From Coleofasciculaceae cyanobacterium (GTDB taxonomy: Bacteria > Cyanobacteriota > Vampirovibrionia > Vampirovibrionales > Vampirovibrionaceae): a stretch of 64,000 nt of DNA. The stretch is taken from assembly GCA_036703295.1 (NCBI GenBank), contig DATNPJ010000027.1, positions 32,838-96,837 of the forward strand, in the 5' to 3' direction. Under the pieces are notes generated by a model. The model was not told where the DNA came from. It was given only the letters and a program-made list of their open reading frames with translations, and ran no database searches. The position numbers and the translations under genes were made by a program. Positions 19,301 to 27,438 of the stretch are shown one piece after another (the first letter of the stretch is position 1; each line of letters begins with the position of its first letter).

Positions 19301-19454
19301 GGTATTGGTACTCCAGCGCATCGAAGGGATGCACCTCGGGACGGGTAAAGCGCCGTGAGAACTTCATTCCGGGCTGTTGCAGGACGGCAGTGCCTTCGCT
19401 CTCTTTCCCCGAAGTGGATTCCGTGATGGTGATCTGACTATCGATAACGCTCAT
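16332..19454 (-). CDS. nrdJ: Class II (adenosylcobalamin-dependent) ribonucleotide reductase
   Basis: 1040 aa. RNR catalytic-core signatures ('NPCSEY', 'GTGTNFSKIRGKQEKLSGGGTSSGLMSFLEV'). C-terminal Zn-ribbon 'CSNCGS...CYKCDNCG' typical of NrdJ. Confidence 0.85.
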   Translation of the reverse strand: MSVIDSQITITESTSGKESEGTAVLQQPGMKFSRRFTRPEVHPFDALEYQYRTSKITEPDGTIIFEMKDVEVPASWSQLATDIVVSKYFRKAGVPDKVTGKLGSEKSVKQVVYRLAHTIRKQGEHFGVFATTEDADTFEMELSHLLITQKGAFNSPVWFNCGLWHEYKIEGSGGNWYWNPVAQRIEVANSSYEHPQCSACFIQSVDDDLMSLFDLIKNEARLFKFGSGTGTNFSKIRGKQEKLSGGGTSSGLMSFLEVLDRGAGATKSGGTTRRAAKMVCLDMDHPEIMDFILWKQKEEKKVKVLIDAGYSADFNGEAYHTVAGQNSNNSVRLSDKFMNAYLNDEDWQTTFRTTGEVADTYKSRELMKEIAQAAWACADPGVQFDDIINDWNTCLNTARIYGSNPCSEYHFLDNTACNLASINLTKFLDEAGNFDVEGYRHACRVFFTAQEIMVDFASYPTEQIAQNSHNYRPLGLGYANLGTLLMLKGIPYDSEQSYAITGAITAIMHGEAYRTSAELAGALGAFPMYQPNESSMLRVMHKHRDAVYDINQQFCPPYLLEAAKQVWDETVELGVKHGYRNAQATVLAPTGTIGLLMDCDTTGIEPDFSLVKWKKLAGGGYFKIVNQSVPRALRALGYGPDEVDGIVKYILGHGTLEGAPFANPVTFYELGFTKEEVDQAYEGVKASGSLNEWTPGITPEALKAKGMSQVEINAVTDYVNGTGTVEGAPYLKQTHYPVFDCANKCGKGERYIDPMAHIKIMAAAQPFLSGAISKTVNLPGDATVEDIERIYVDAWKMGLKCVALYRDGSKWSQPLNTSQSKTDTEEALEEAGVPAPLAWGTKRELPRKRNGFTLETSVSGHKIHLRTGEFEEGRLGEIFIDMFKEGAAYRSMVNCFAVAVSLGLQYGVPLEKFVDSFTFTRFEPSGMTDHTNIKQCTSIVDFIFRVLGMEYLGRTDFVQVPPEGGQTREEAVQKQLELKTEAPPKPKVAADTELSTSLLRTEQLKSMMGDAPFCSNCGSITIRNGACYKCDNCGNSEGCS

Positions 19455-19760
19455 AGTGACTCCCTGTTCTCTCTTTCCTGCTTCCTTAACTTCTGCTTGA
19501 TTTCGATCATTCTGTTGTCGGCTGGTGGCTTTATGTTTTCGCTTTCGCGCATGTCGCGACGGCTTGAGAGGGGCTGGCGGCCAAGTGCAGGCATGCCTGA
19601 GCGCCCTGCCATTCCTCTTTCCGCGATTTTCCTTGAATTCCGGGGTTCGCTTTCTTACTCTGGTGCTTGCCAGTCCCGAGTCATGGATGCTCGGTCAGCG
19701 AGGGCTTTCGTAATCGTTCCCGTGCGGCTCAATCCCTAGAAGCTGGGGCCCCAGAAGTTC
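19455..19760 (-). promoter_or_regulatory. Long 5' leader of nrdJ (about 300 nt) with possible structured regulatory RNA and an upstream palindrome
   Basis: About 300 nt between the nrdJ start and the AT-rich promoter region. GGGAA and other GC-rich stem-forming stretches are present, but no clear B12 box (GCCACTG) was found. Inverted repeat AATACT-N15-AGTATT at about 19769-19795. Confidence 0.3.
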
Positions 19761-20029
19761 GGGGTGCAAATACTGCAACAAAATACCGTAGTATTCACCT
19801 ATGGATACCAATGCCATTGTTCAACAATTATACGCGATTGAACCCACGGGTTGCCGAAATGTATCCGAGTTTTAAGAACGCCTCGAAAGGCATCTTCAGG
19901 GTTGCCTCTTGGCATGTACGATAGCAGACATGCCGTCTATGCCGGGCGGAATGTAACACTTTATGTTGTAAATACTATGGCCTGTACAATCAAACAGTCT
20001 AGTGAGCCATCAAGCCAATTCCGACAAGA

Positions 20030-20527
20030 TTGGAATTTGAGCAGCTTTTAGTCATGAATAGAGTTGTTCCGTCTGTAAGAAGGGGATTTTCGATGCAAAT
20101 TCAGTTTGCAGGACGTCAAGACGTGTATGAGCGTCTAACCCGCTTGGCCTATGAATGCGCTGAAGAACAGCGATCCATCGCTGACTTTGAGCAAGGGCGC
20201 CATGTGGGACTCGGAGAGGCGCAGGCCGATCTGGCCGCACAGGATGATGAATTTATGTTGGCAATGCAGGACCCGCCGGCAATCATCATCAATCCGCCGG
20301 GGCCTACTTCGATGCTGAAGATTTTTCAGGATCTTCAGCAAAAATTGGGTAGCGAACGGACCACGGAAGCATTGGGTCGTTTTTGGGCGCTCCTGCAAAT
20401 GTCCGCAGCTGCTTATCATGATAGGGGCCAAAGCAATCCAGGCACCCAACGGGTGAACACGCTGGTGGATCACTTGTTTGAAGAGCTGGGAATCCCGAAT
20501 CCATCAGCCAGAAATGCAAAGTCATAA
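20030..20527 (+). CDS. Hypothetical protein
   Basis: 165 aa (possible internal start at 20093 'MQIQFAG'). Convergent with fliR. No recognisable family. Confidence 0.35.
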   Translation: MEFEQLLVMNRVVPSVRRGFSMQIQFAGRQDVYERLTRLAYECAEEQRSIADFEQGRHVGLGEAQADLAAQDDEFMLAMQDPPAIIINPPGPTSMLKIFQDLQQKLGSERTTEALGRFWALLQMSAAAYHDRGQSNPGTQRVNTLVDHLFEELGIPNPSARNAKS

Positions 20528-20562
20528 GACCTGAAACCAGGTGGCGGGCAGGCTACGTTCTG

Positions 20563-21366
20563 TTAAAAGATGTTGGAATAGTCGTTGAGGAAGTTGATCA
20601 CGGCTTTCAAAAACGTGGGCAGGGTGAGCAGCAGCACGGCGATGCCAATCGAGGGTTTCAGGGCGAAGCTGAGCTGGAAGACCGGCATCTGCTGGGCCGT
20701 TCGGTTCACGATGCCCAGCATGAGGTCTACCGCAATGGTCACGATCATGATGGGGGACACCAACTGCACGCCGATTAACAGAATATTCCCCGACAACGTG
20801 ATGAGGTAGGTGATATCAATGACCTGGGTGATGGGCATCTGGATGGTATACAGCGGAAACACCGAAAAACTGCGCTTGAGCGCCACGATCATCCACTGAA
20901 TGCCGCCCAGGTAGATAAACAGCATGGTGGTGAGGTAGCCGAACAGTGACTCCATAATCATGCTCTGCTTGCCGGAAGAGGGATCCAGCAGCATGGCCGA
21001 GGAAAGGCCGATCTGGTTGGTCATCAGGCTGCCCGCCGCGTAAACGGCTTGCAAAATCATATCCGCCATAAAGCCCAGCAGCGCGCCCACAATGATATTC
21101 ATGGCCAGTTGAAGCAGATAGGGGCCGTATTGTCCGTTATGGCTGAGGGGGCCATGCTGGTCGGGCGGCACCAGCCACAGCAGCGCGCCGGTAAAGAAAA
21201 AGGCGGACATGATCTTAAGCATGAAGGGAATGTTCTTGCGGTTGTAGATGGGTCCGGTGCTGACAAAGCCCAGCATGCGCCCAAACATTAGCAGGGCTCC
21301 GTCCAGTATCGGCCCATACTGTTTGTGTAGAAGGCCAAAGGCCTGCATGGCCGCTTCAAATTGCAT
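20563..21366 (-). CDS. fliR: Flagellar biosynthesis protein FliR
   Basis: 267 aa polytopic membrane protein immediately downstream of fliQ. Typical FliR helices and length. Confidence 0.75.
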   Translation of the reverse strand: MQFEAAMQAFGLLHKQYGPILDGALLMFGRMLGFVSTGPIYNRKNIPFMLKIMSAFFFTGALLWLVPPDQHGPLSHNGQYGPYLLQLAMNIIVGALLGFMADMILQAVYAAGSLMTNQIGLSSAMLLDPSSGKQSMIMESLFGYLTTMLFIYLGGIQWMIVALKRSFSVFPLYTIQMPITQVIDITYLITLSGNILLIGVQLVSPIMIVTIAVDLMLGIVNRTAQQMPVFQLSFALKPSIGIAVLLLTLPTFLKAVINFLNDYSNIF

Positions 21367-21369
21367 CCG

Positions 21370-21888
21370 TTAATGCCCTTTGGTCTTGTCCAACGCCATT
21401 TTTTCGGAGACGCTCAACGCGTTGTTGCCCGTTCCGGAGCGTTGTCCGGTCTGGTGCAGCACGGTGGGGCTTTCGTTTTGGTCATCTTGCATGCCCCACT
21501 TCGTGGCGAATTCCTGAAGACGCTCCTTGTTCATGCCTTCTTTCGCTTGCAGCTTGAAGAATTGCCGGGCCCGCGCCTGCCCCGATGCCTGTCGCGCGAG
21601 GGGCGGCAAGATGAAATCGCCGTCCAGGGGGATCTCGTTGAAGGCAATCTGTACGGATTCCCGCGTGTAATTGATCAGCATGGTCATCATCAACCCGCCG
21701 CCCAGCAAAATCATGGCAAACACGCCCAGAATTTTGGGCGCCGCCGCGATGGTCTGTTCCTGAACCTGGGTGACGGCCTGGAGAATCCCCACCACCAGAC
21801 CGATCATCGCCGCGGCGATCACGCAAGGCATGGACAGCATCAGGCTGAGTATCAACCCGTGTCCCAGATGTTCCATCATCAGTTCCAT
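21370..21888 (-). CDS. fliQ: Flagellar biosynthesis protein FliQ with a C-terminal extension of about 85 aa
   Basis: The first 85 aa or so look like a FliQ two-helix hairpin ('ILSLMLSMPCVIAAAMIGLVVGILQAVTQVQEQTIAAAPKILGVFAMILL'). The ORF then continues about 85 more residues (charged, Gln-rich). Confidence 0.7.
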   Translation of the reverse strand: MELMMEHLGHGLILSLMLSMPCVIAAAMIGLVVGILQAVTQVQEQTIAAAPKILGVFAMILLGGGLMMTMLINYTRESVQIAFNEIPLDGDFILPPLARQASGQARARQFFKLQAKEGMNKERLQEFATKWGMQDDQNESPTVLHQTGQRSGTGNNALSVSEKMALDKTKGH

Positions 21889-22003
21889 ATAAGAGGTCCC
21901 TTTGCGGTCTTAAGTAAGTCAATGCCCGCGCACATCTTTGTTTGAAGTCTGTTTTTCAGTTAAAGCTTTGTTAGCATTTGGTATTTGTTCAACGCTTCGC
22001 CTT

Positions 22004-22645
22004 TCAGTTAAAGCTTTGAACGAGGCCGTTGACGATGAGGCTCCAGCCGTCCACGGCCACGAAAATCAGGATTTTAAAGGGCAGCGAGATGATGGTGGGC
22101 GACAACATGAACATCCCGAGGGCCAGCAGGATGTTGGCCACCACCAGGTCCAGCACGATGAACGGAATAAAGATGATGAAGCCAATCTCGAAGGCCGTGC
22201 GCAGCTCGCTGACCATATAGGCCGGGGCGACTTCCCATAAGGCCAGGTCGCTTGGGTTCTCCGGTGGCTGGCTGCGGGACATGGACAGGAAAAACGCCAC
22301 ATCGGACTGGCGGGTCTGCCGCATCATGAAGTCCTTCAGGGGGCCGGATCCCTCCTGCATGATCTGCACCACGCTGCCATTCTTCTTCATGACCGGGTCA
22401 ATCTTGTTGTACATATCGCCAAACACGGGGGCCATGGTGTACAGCGTCAGCACCAGGGCCATCCCCACCAGTACAATAGACGGCGGCACCTGCTGGGTGC
22501 CTAGGGCGGTCTTCAGAATGGACAGCACAATGATATAGCGCAAAAAGCTGGTCATGCTGACCACCATGAAAGGAATCAGTGACAGGGATGCCATCAGGAC
22601 AATCAGCTGGAGCGCGGGGTCCAGCTTCCCGAACATTACATCCAT
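22004..22645 (-). CDS. fliP: Flagellar biosynthesis protein FliP
   Basis: 213 aa. FliP signature region 'LSILKTALGTQQVPPSIVLVGMALVLTLYTMAPV' and length match. Confidence 0.85.
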   Translation of the reverse strand: MDVMFGKLDPALQLIVLMASLSLIPFMVVSMTSFLRYIIVLSILKTALGTQQVPPSIVLVGMALVLTLYTMAPVFGDMYNKIDPVMKKNGSVVQIMQEGSGPLKDFMMRQTRQSDVAFFLSMSRSQPPENPSDLALWEVAPAYMVSELRTAFEIGFIIFIPFIVLDLVVANILLALGMFMLSPTIISLPFKILIFVAVDGWSLIVNGLVQSFN

Positions 22646-22715
22646 CGAGTTCCTTCCTTTCCTTAGTACGGCTTTTTGATGTGGCGGTTTTGCGATGACT
22701 ACACTGGCGCCCGAA

Positions 22716-23234
22716 TCAGCTCAGCTTGGTCCGGGAGGCCGCCAGCCATTGCAGGCTCTGCACAAAGCGCGCCCCGAAACCTTCTCCGGGTTTTAGAGCG
22801 CCTGGTTTCGTGGCGCCGGATTTTTCAGGCTCAGACGACAGGGTTGTGGGATCCTCCGGGCGGGTATACCAAGGCGGCTGCACGGTGGATTCTTGCAGGA
22901 TCTGTGGTGTTTGCTGCATCTGTTCTTGAACGACGGGGGCGCCAGCGGATTCCAGCCGGGAGAGAAACTGGGTGCCTTCCATAGAGGTGGCCACCAGGAA
23001 ACGCTCGTTGCCGGAGCGCACCACGTACAGATTCTTGCGGGCTTCCAGCGCGAGCACGGACTCAATTTCCAGCCGGGCTTTCGGATCCGCGTTCTTTTTC
23101 ATTCCCAGGAAGAGATTGCCGGAGTGCTTGCGGGCATAGCAGTAAACCGCGTAGATGACCCCAATGGCCAGCAGCGTATACAGGATGAAACTACCCAAAT
23201 AATGCAACAGCGAACCGGAATGCACCATTACCAT
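22716..23234 (-). CDS. fliO: Flagellar biosynthesis protein FliO-like
   Basis: 172 aa. Single N-terminal TM then 'NLYVVRSGNERFLVATSMEGTQFL', which resembles the FliO conserved block. Sits between fliM and fliP. Start overlaps fliM stop. Confidence 0.6.
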   Translation of the reverse strand: MVMVHSGSLLHYLGSFILYTLLAIGVIYAVYCYARKHSGNLFLGMKKNADPKARLEIESVLALEARKNLYVVRSGNERFLVATSMEGTQFLSRLESAGAPVVQEQMQQTPQILQESTVQPPWYTRPEDPTTLSSEPEKSGATKPGALKPGEGFGARFVQSLQWLAASRTKLS

Positions 23235-24586
23235 TCTGCCTCTTCATCATCGAAACTTTCGTCAAAGTCGTCATTTAAAAAGTTATCCAGGTTTTCTTCT
23301 TCCGCAGCCTCACCCGATTCAGGCGCTTCCATTGCCTGTTCTTCGGGATGAATGTCCGGTGCCTGCCCAATCATGGCCAGCGCCTGGCCTGTCGGCATCT
23401 CTGATGAAGGTGCTGCGGCTTCTTTATCCGCCTCCACCCGGTTAATCCGAATGCCGAATTTGTCCCCCACAATAATCAAATCGCCCCAGGCCAGGGTTTT
23501 CCCCTCCACTTGCAGGCAGATTCGGTTGTGAATCAAGTCGCCCATCTCCACCACCAGGCCTTCGCTCATTTGTTTGATCTGCTTGAGCGGCAGCCGGATG
23601 GGATCGAATTCCGCCGTGACCTCGATCATCAGGTTGTCCCAAAGGGATTGGCGGGTTGAAAGCTGTTGCTGTGTTTCCATGGTCGCAAGCTCCTGCGTAT
23701 AGGGTATGGTGAGTCTTTGTTTCTGCCGGATGGTGGCGGGGAAGGGAAGGTGTTCTCCGGACTCCGGCTCCACGATGGCCATTTGCTCGGCGTTGCTGTT
23801 TTCCAGCACCACCAGGTCATCCACCTCCAGCTGGTTCAAGTCGGCCAGGGCCAGTCGGGTGCGGCCCAGGTAAATCCGGGTCAGTCCGGTCACCGGAAAG
23901 AAAAACTCGTCGGCAATGGGGGCCTCGGAGGCCTCCGCATGCGGCGATTCCAGTCGCAGGGCGCCCAGCGGCAGGCTGAGGACAATCTTGCCCAACTCGA
24001 AGGATTCGCGGAATTGCAGGTTTTTTTTCGACCGGGAGGCGGGGCTTTCCACCTCGACTGCGGCCTGGGCCTGCACCACCCAGATTAAATGGATCTGCTC
24101 GTTGCTTGCGTGGCGCCCTGGCTTACGGATGAAGGTTTTCATCAGGCCGGAAAGCAGTTCCCGACTGAATTCGTTGAGGATGTTGGCTTCCAGCGGGCTT
24201 AGTTGCCTGAAACTGAAGGGTTTTTGCCCGCCGTTGCGCGGTCCCAGCGCGCGGGTCAGGAATGCCGAGCAGGTTGCATCCGAAAGCCGCAGCAGGGCCA
24301 GTCGGGACTCCTCGGGCTCTCCAGGTTCCGGCGTACCCAGCACCAATTGGGACACATGGAAATCATCCAGCTTCCAGAAGTAATGGGCCTTGGTGCCGGC
24401 GCTGAAAAAGTTCAGCCGGATGGGCACGCCCCAGAACAGCTTGAGGGCCTCCGTCAGGACGGAGACGGCCCCTGCACCGGTGCGCGCAATCGCCTCCCAC
24501 GGAAGGTGTTCCGTGGATTTCACGCTTGATGCCGGTGCTCCTGCCGGGCTGACAGGCTGTCCGCTTTCCACGCTCGTCTGGACCAC
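23228..24586 (-). CDS. fliM: Flagellar motor switch protein FliM-like (C-terminal SpoA/FliN-type domain) with acidic C-terminal tail
   Basis: 452 aa. C-proximal 'LIHNRICLQVEGKTLAWGDLIIVGDKFGIRINRV' is the SpoA surface-presentation domain. Position upstream of fliO-P-Q-R fits fliM. Very acidic last 40 aa. Confidence 0.65.
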   Translation of the reverse strand: MVQTSVESGQPVSPAGAPASSVKSTEHLPWEAIARTGAGAVSVLTEALKLFWGVPIRLNFFSAGTKAHYFWKLDDFHVSQLVLGTPEPGEPEESRLALLRLSDATCSAFLTRALGPRNGGQKPFSFRQLSPLEANILNEFSRELLSGLMKTFIRKPGRHASNEQIHLIWVVQAQAAVEVESPASRSKKNLQFRESFELGKIVLSLPLGALRLESPHAEASEAPIADEFFFPVTGLTRIYLGRTRLALADLNQLEVDDLVVLENSNAEQMAIVEPESGEHLPFPATIRQKQRLTIPYTQELATMETQQQLSTRQSLWDNLMIEVTAEFDPIRLPLKQIKQMSEGLVVEMGDLIHNRICLQVEGKTLAWGDLIIVGDKFGIRINRVEADKEAAAPSSEMPTGQALAMIGQAPDIHPEEQAMEAPESGEAAEEENLDNFLNDDFDESFDDEEAEW

Positions 24587-24788
24587 AAACTCTCTTCTTT
24601 CACCTCGTACAGCATCAGCTTACATGATTGACCGGTCCGCAGCATCCATCCATTGGTCTAGAACACTGATTCATCGGCAGCGGGGCGGCTGGCGGGCATT
24701 TATTTCCCGGTTGGCAAGAGCGAAGCCACGCATTACAATAGTAGGCCTGCCTGTGTCATCCGCAATCCCGTCCGCCCGGATCGCTATA

Positions 24789-24817
24789 TTGATCTGGTCC
24801 GATGTTGGTGTTATAAC
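24789..24817 (+). promoter_or_regulatory. Candidate sigma70-type promoter for rpsT (TTGATC-N17-TATAAC)
   Basis: TTGATC 24789-24794, 17-nt spacer, TATAAC 24812-24817, about 50 nt upstream of the rpsT ATG. A second candidate, TTGGCA-N17-TACAAT, lies at 24711-24739. Confidence 0.3.
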
Positions 24818-24868
24818 TTGAAACCACAGGTTTTGTGTGTCCCCAATCGATCTGGAAGGGCTTGAATT

Positions 24869-25126
24869 TTGCCAAGAATCAAATCAGCCAAGAAGCGCGT
24901 GGAAGTCGCTGAACGGAACCGTCAGCGTAACATTGCCTTCAAATCCGCCATCCGCACCGCTATTAAAAAAGCCGTGACCGGTGCCGATGAAGCTACTCGT
25001 ACCGAAGGCCTGAACATGGTCTACAGCCTGATTGACCGGGCCGTCCTCAAGGGTATTCTGCACAAGAATACGGCGTCCCGCTACAAATCCCGCGTCACCA
25101 AGGCCATCAGCCTGAAAAGCGCGTAG
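24869..25126 (+). CDS. rpsT: 30S ribosomal protein S20
   Basis: 85 aa. 'MPRIKSAKKRVEVAERNRQRN...GILHKNTASRYKSR' matches the S20 pattern. Confidence 0.9.
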   Translation: MPRIKSAKKRVEVAERNRQRNIAFKSAIRTAIKKAVTGADEATRTEGLNMVYSLIDRAVLKGILHKNTASRYKSRVTKAISLKSA

Positions 25127-25185
25127 CTGAAAATCTATAAAGGCTTTTAAAACCTCCCGCCAACCACGGGGGGTTTTTTGCGTCG

Positions 25186-26223
25186 TTAGTGCGCTGCCAG
25201 CAGTGCCCGGCAGGTGGTTAGCACATCAGCGACCGGAATGTCCCGCATGCAGCGCAGGTGATCATCGCCGGTCAGGGGGCAGGTGGGCTGTTCGCAGGGC
25301 CAGCAGGCAAGCGACTCCGGCGGGGTGAGGAGATTGGAGGGGCTTGCTCCGAGTGGGCCGGTTCGGGCTGCGGAAGTCGGCCCGTAGAGACCAATCAAAG
25401 GACGCCCCAACGCCGCTGCCAAGTGCATGGGGCCGGTGTCGCCGCCAATCACCAAATCGCAAGCGGCTAGCAAATGCATGGTGCCGGTTAAATCATGCCG
25501 TCCGCAATGGTTTACCAGTCGCCTATCGATATCAGGCACGGCTTGGCATAATTGTTCGGCCAAGGCTCGCTCGTCCGGCCCGCCTATCAGCAGTATCTTC
25601 ACTTGTTTGTCCGTTAGGAGCGCCTGTATCAATTGTTGATAGGATTCCGGCAGCCAGGCCCGGTTGCCCCGCTTGCCGCCCACCCCCGGAATCACGCCCA
25701 CCCACCGTTCAGTGACAGATTTTTGTACTGGTTTTTCAGATGAATTTTCACCGGAAGCAGCCTCCGGCAAAGCCAGCCGGGGAACGGGATCCGCAAGCGA
25801 TGGCAGCGAAAGCAGACGGCGGAAGGGCTCGTAAAAGTCCGCCACGGCATGGCGACGGGGGATTGCACGCTGGGCTTGTCCCTTCACCCGCAGTTTTTCC
25901 TTGTGATAGAGAGCTTGCCCGGCTGGTTGAATGAGCTGGGTGAGCACCCAGGTTTTGAAGGAAGGATGCAGGTTGACCACCCCATCAATGCCTGCCTGGC
26001 GTAATTCGGATGCCAGCCGGAACAGGCCCGGCCATCCCAGGCGCTTGTCCCAGGCCCAGACCCGGTCGATGGCCGGAAACAATTCCAGCAACGACGCATA
26101 AGCCGGGCTGCTCAGGAAATGGATCTCCACCTCGGGCCGGGCGACCTGGATGGCCGTTAGCGAGGGCGAAACATGAATCAAATCGCCCAAAGCCCCCTGG
26201 CGGATGACCAGCAGTCGCTTCAT
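25186..26223 (-). CDS. Glycosyltransferase family 9 (LPS heptosyltransferase-like)
   Basis: 345 aa. N-terminus 'LLVIRQGALGDLIHVSPSL' and C-terminal 'GPMHLAAALGRPLIGLYGPT' GT9 blocks. Confidence 0.8.
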   Translation of the reverse strand: MKRLLVIRQGALGDLIHVSPSLTAIQVARPEVEIHFLSSPAYASLLELFPAIDRVWAWDKRLGWPGLFRLASELRQAGIDGVVNLHPSFKTWVLTQLIQPAGQALYHKEKLRVKGQAQRAIPRRHAVADFYEPFRRLLSLPSLADPVPRLALPEAASGENSSEKPVQKSVTERWVGVIPGVGGKRGNRAWLPESYQQLIQALLTDKQVKILLIGGPDERALAEQLCQAVPDIDRRLVNHCGRHDLTGTMHLLAACDLVIGGDTGPMHLAAALGRPLIGLYGPTSAARTGPLGASPSNLLTPPESLACWPCEQPTCPLTGDDHLRCMRDIPVADVLTTCRALLAAH

Positions 26224-27344
26224 GGCCTCACCGCCGGGTTTTCGGTCAGCATGCGTTCCACCGCCGCCATTACCTGCGCCGGATCGAGCTGCTGCATGCA
26301 GTCATGGGTTTTGAGCGGGCAGTGCCGCTCAAAGCAGGGTTGGCAAGGCAATTGCGTCGCCAGTGTCATCTGCCGGTCCCCCAGAGGCCCAGTCCTGCCG
26401 GGAGCGGTGGGGCCATACAGGCCTATGACCTGAATGCCAACCGCGTTTGCAATGTGCAACGGAGCGCTGTCCGGGCCAATCAGTAGCAGGGATCGGTTGA
26501 ACAGGGCGTATAAATCGGGCCAATCGGTCTGGCCAACCAAGTTCAAACCCCCCGGTGCTGGCTGCCCGGCGGGGAGCGCCGCCAGCATTTCTCCGGCAGC
26601 AGCCTGGTCCCCTGGCGCACCGATCAGGACCGGTTGCAGGTTGCGAGCCAGCAGATCCGCCATCAATTGAACCCAATGGCGCGGCACCCAATGTTTGCTG
26701 TCCCAACGGGTGAAGGGTGCCAGTACCACCAGCGGCCAATCCGGTGGCAGCCCGGAGAGCAGCGCATCCACCCGGCTTTGGCGGTCCTCGGAAACTGGGG
26801 GCAGGACGAACTCCGGTGCTGCGGTCGGATAGCCCAGGGTGCGCGCAAAATCCAGGGTGCGCTCCACCGCCGGGGTCAGCGGATCCCGGATGTTCATGGG
26901 TGGCAGCTTGTGCGTGTAAAAGATATCGGCGGATTCTCGGGTGTGTTTGTAACCGTAGCGGTGGGGAATTTCGGCAAAATATGGCCAGACAGCACTTTTG
27001 AAGAGACCTTGGACGTCAAAACTGATGGCATAGTCTTGTTGCCGCAGTTCCTGGATGAACGCCTGGACTTCCTTGGCAACCGCAGACCAGTTTCGGGGAT
27101 TGCGGGCTGCTTGCATCCAGCGTTTTCGATGCGAGATGTGCAGGCAATCAATCAAGGGATGTCCTTCCAGCAGGGGGGCTGCGGCGGCTTCCGCCAGCCA
27201 GCCGATGTGAGCCTTTGGATTGGCGCGCTTGATGGCCGAAAGCAAAGGCAGGGTGTGCATGACATCGCCATGCGCGCTCAGCCGGACTATCAGAATCCGG
27301 GAGGGCGGATTGGTTTCCGAAGGAGAAAGGGATGACTGCTGCAT
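26220..27344 (-). CDS. Glycosyltransferase family 9 (LPS heptosyltransferase-like)
   Basis: 374 aa. 'ILIVRLSAHGDVMHTLPLLSAIK' and 'DSAPLHIANAVGIQVIGLYGPT' GT9 blocks. 4-nt overlap with the downstream GT9 paralogue. Confidence 0.8.
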   Translation of the reverse strand: MQQSSLSPSETNPPSRILIVRLSAHGDVMHTLPLLSAIKRANPKAHIGWLAEAAAAPLLEGHPLIDCLHISHRKRWMQAARNPRNWSAVAKEVQAFIQELRQQDYAISFDVQGLFKSAVWPYFAEIPHRYGYKHTRESADIFYTHKLPPMNIRDPLTPAVERTLDFARTLGYPTAAPEFVLPPVSEDRQSRVDALLSGLPPDWPLVVLAPFTRWDSKHWVPRHWVQLMADLLARNLQPVLIGAPGDQAAAGEMLAALPAGQPAPGGLNLVGQTDWPDLYALFNRSLLLIGPDSAPLHIANAVGIQVIGLYGPTAPGRTGPLGDRQMTLATQLPCQPCFERHCPLKTHDCMQQLDPAQVMAAVERMLTENPAVRP

Positions 27345-27438
27345 AGAAGGGCCTGAAATCCTGTCTTATCAATGTAACTGATACCTGGACGGCATGCAAA
27401 ATATACCGCTTGGCATTCTTGATTAGGGCGATATCGGG

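Noticed and set aside
16863-19358. 831-aa ORF on the + strand antisense to nrdJ. Similar long antisense ORFs: 398-1237 (-), 4621-6117 (-), 12220-14061 (-), 13913-14935 (-), 9305-10159 (+).
   Set aside because: They lie opposite genes with unambiguous protein signatures. Their products are Arg/Gly/His/Pro-rich low-complexity sequence, typical of stop-poor shadow frames in GC-rich DNA. They have no recognisable motifs.
19455-19760. Canonical cobalamin riboswitch upstream of nrdJ
   Set aside because: Expected from biology, but I could not find the B12 box (GCCACTG-like) or the typical GGTG...AATCC core by eye. It is kept only as a hypothesis needing cmscan.
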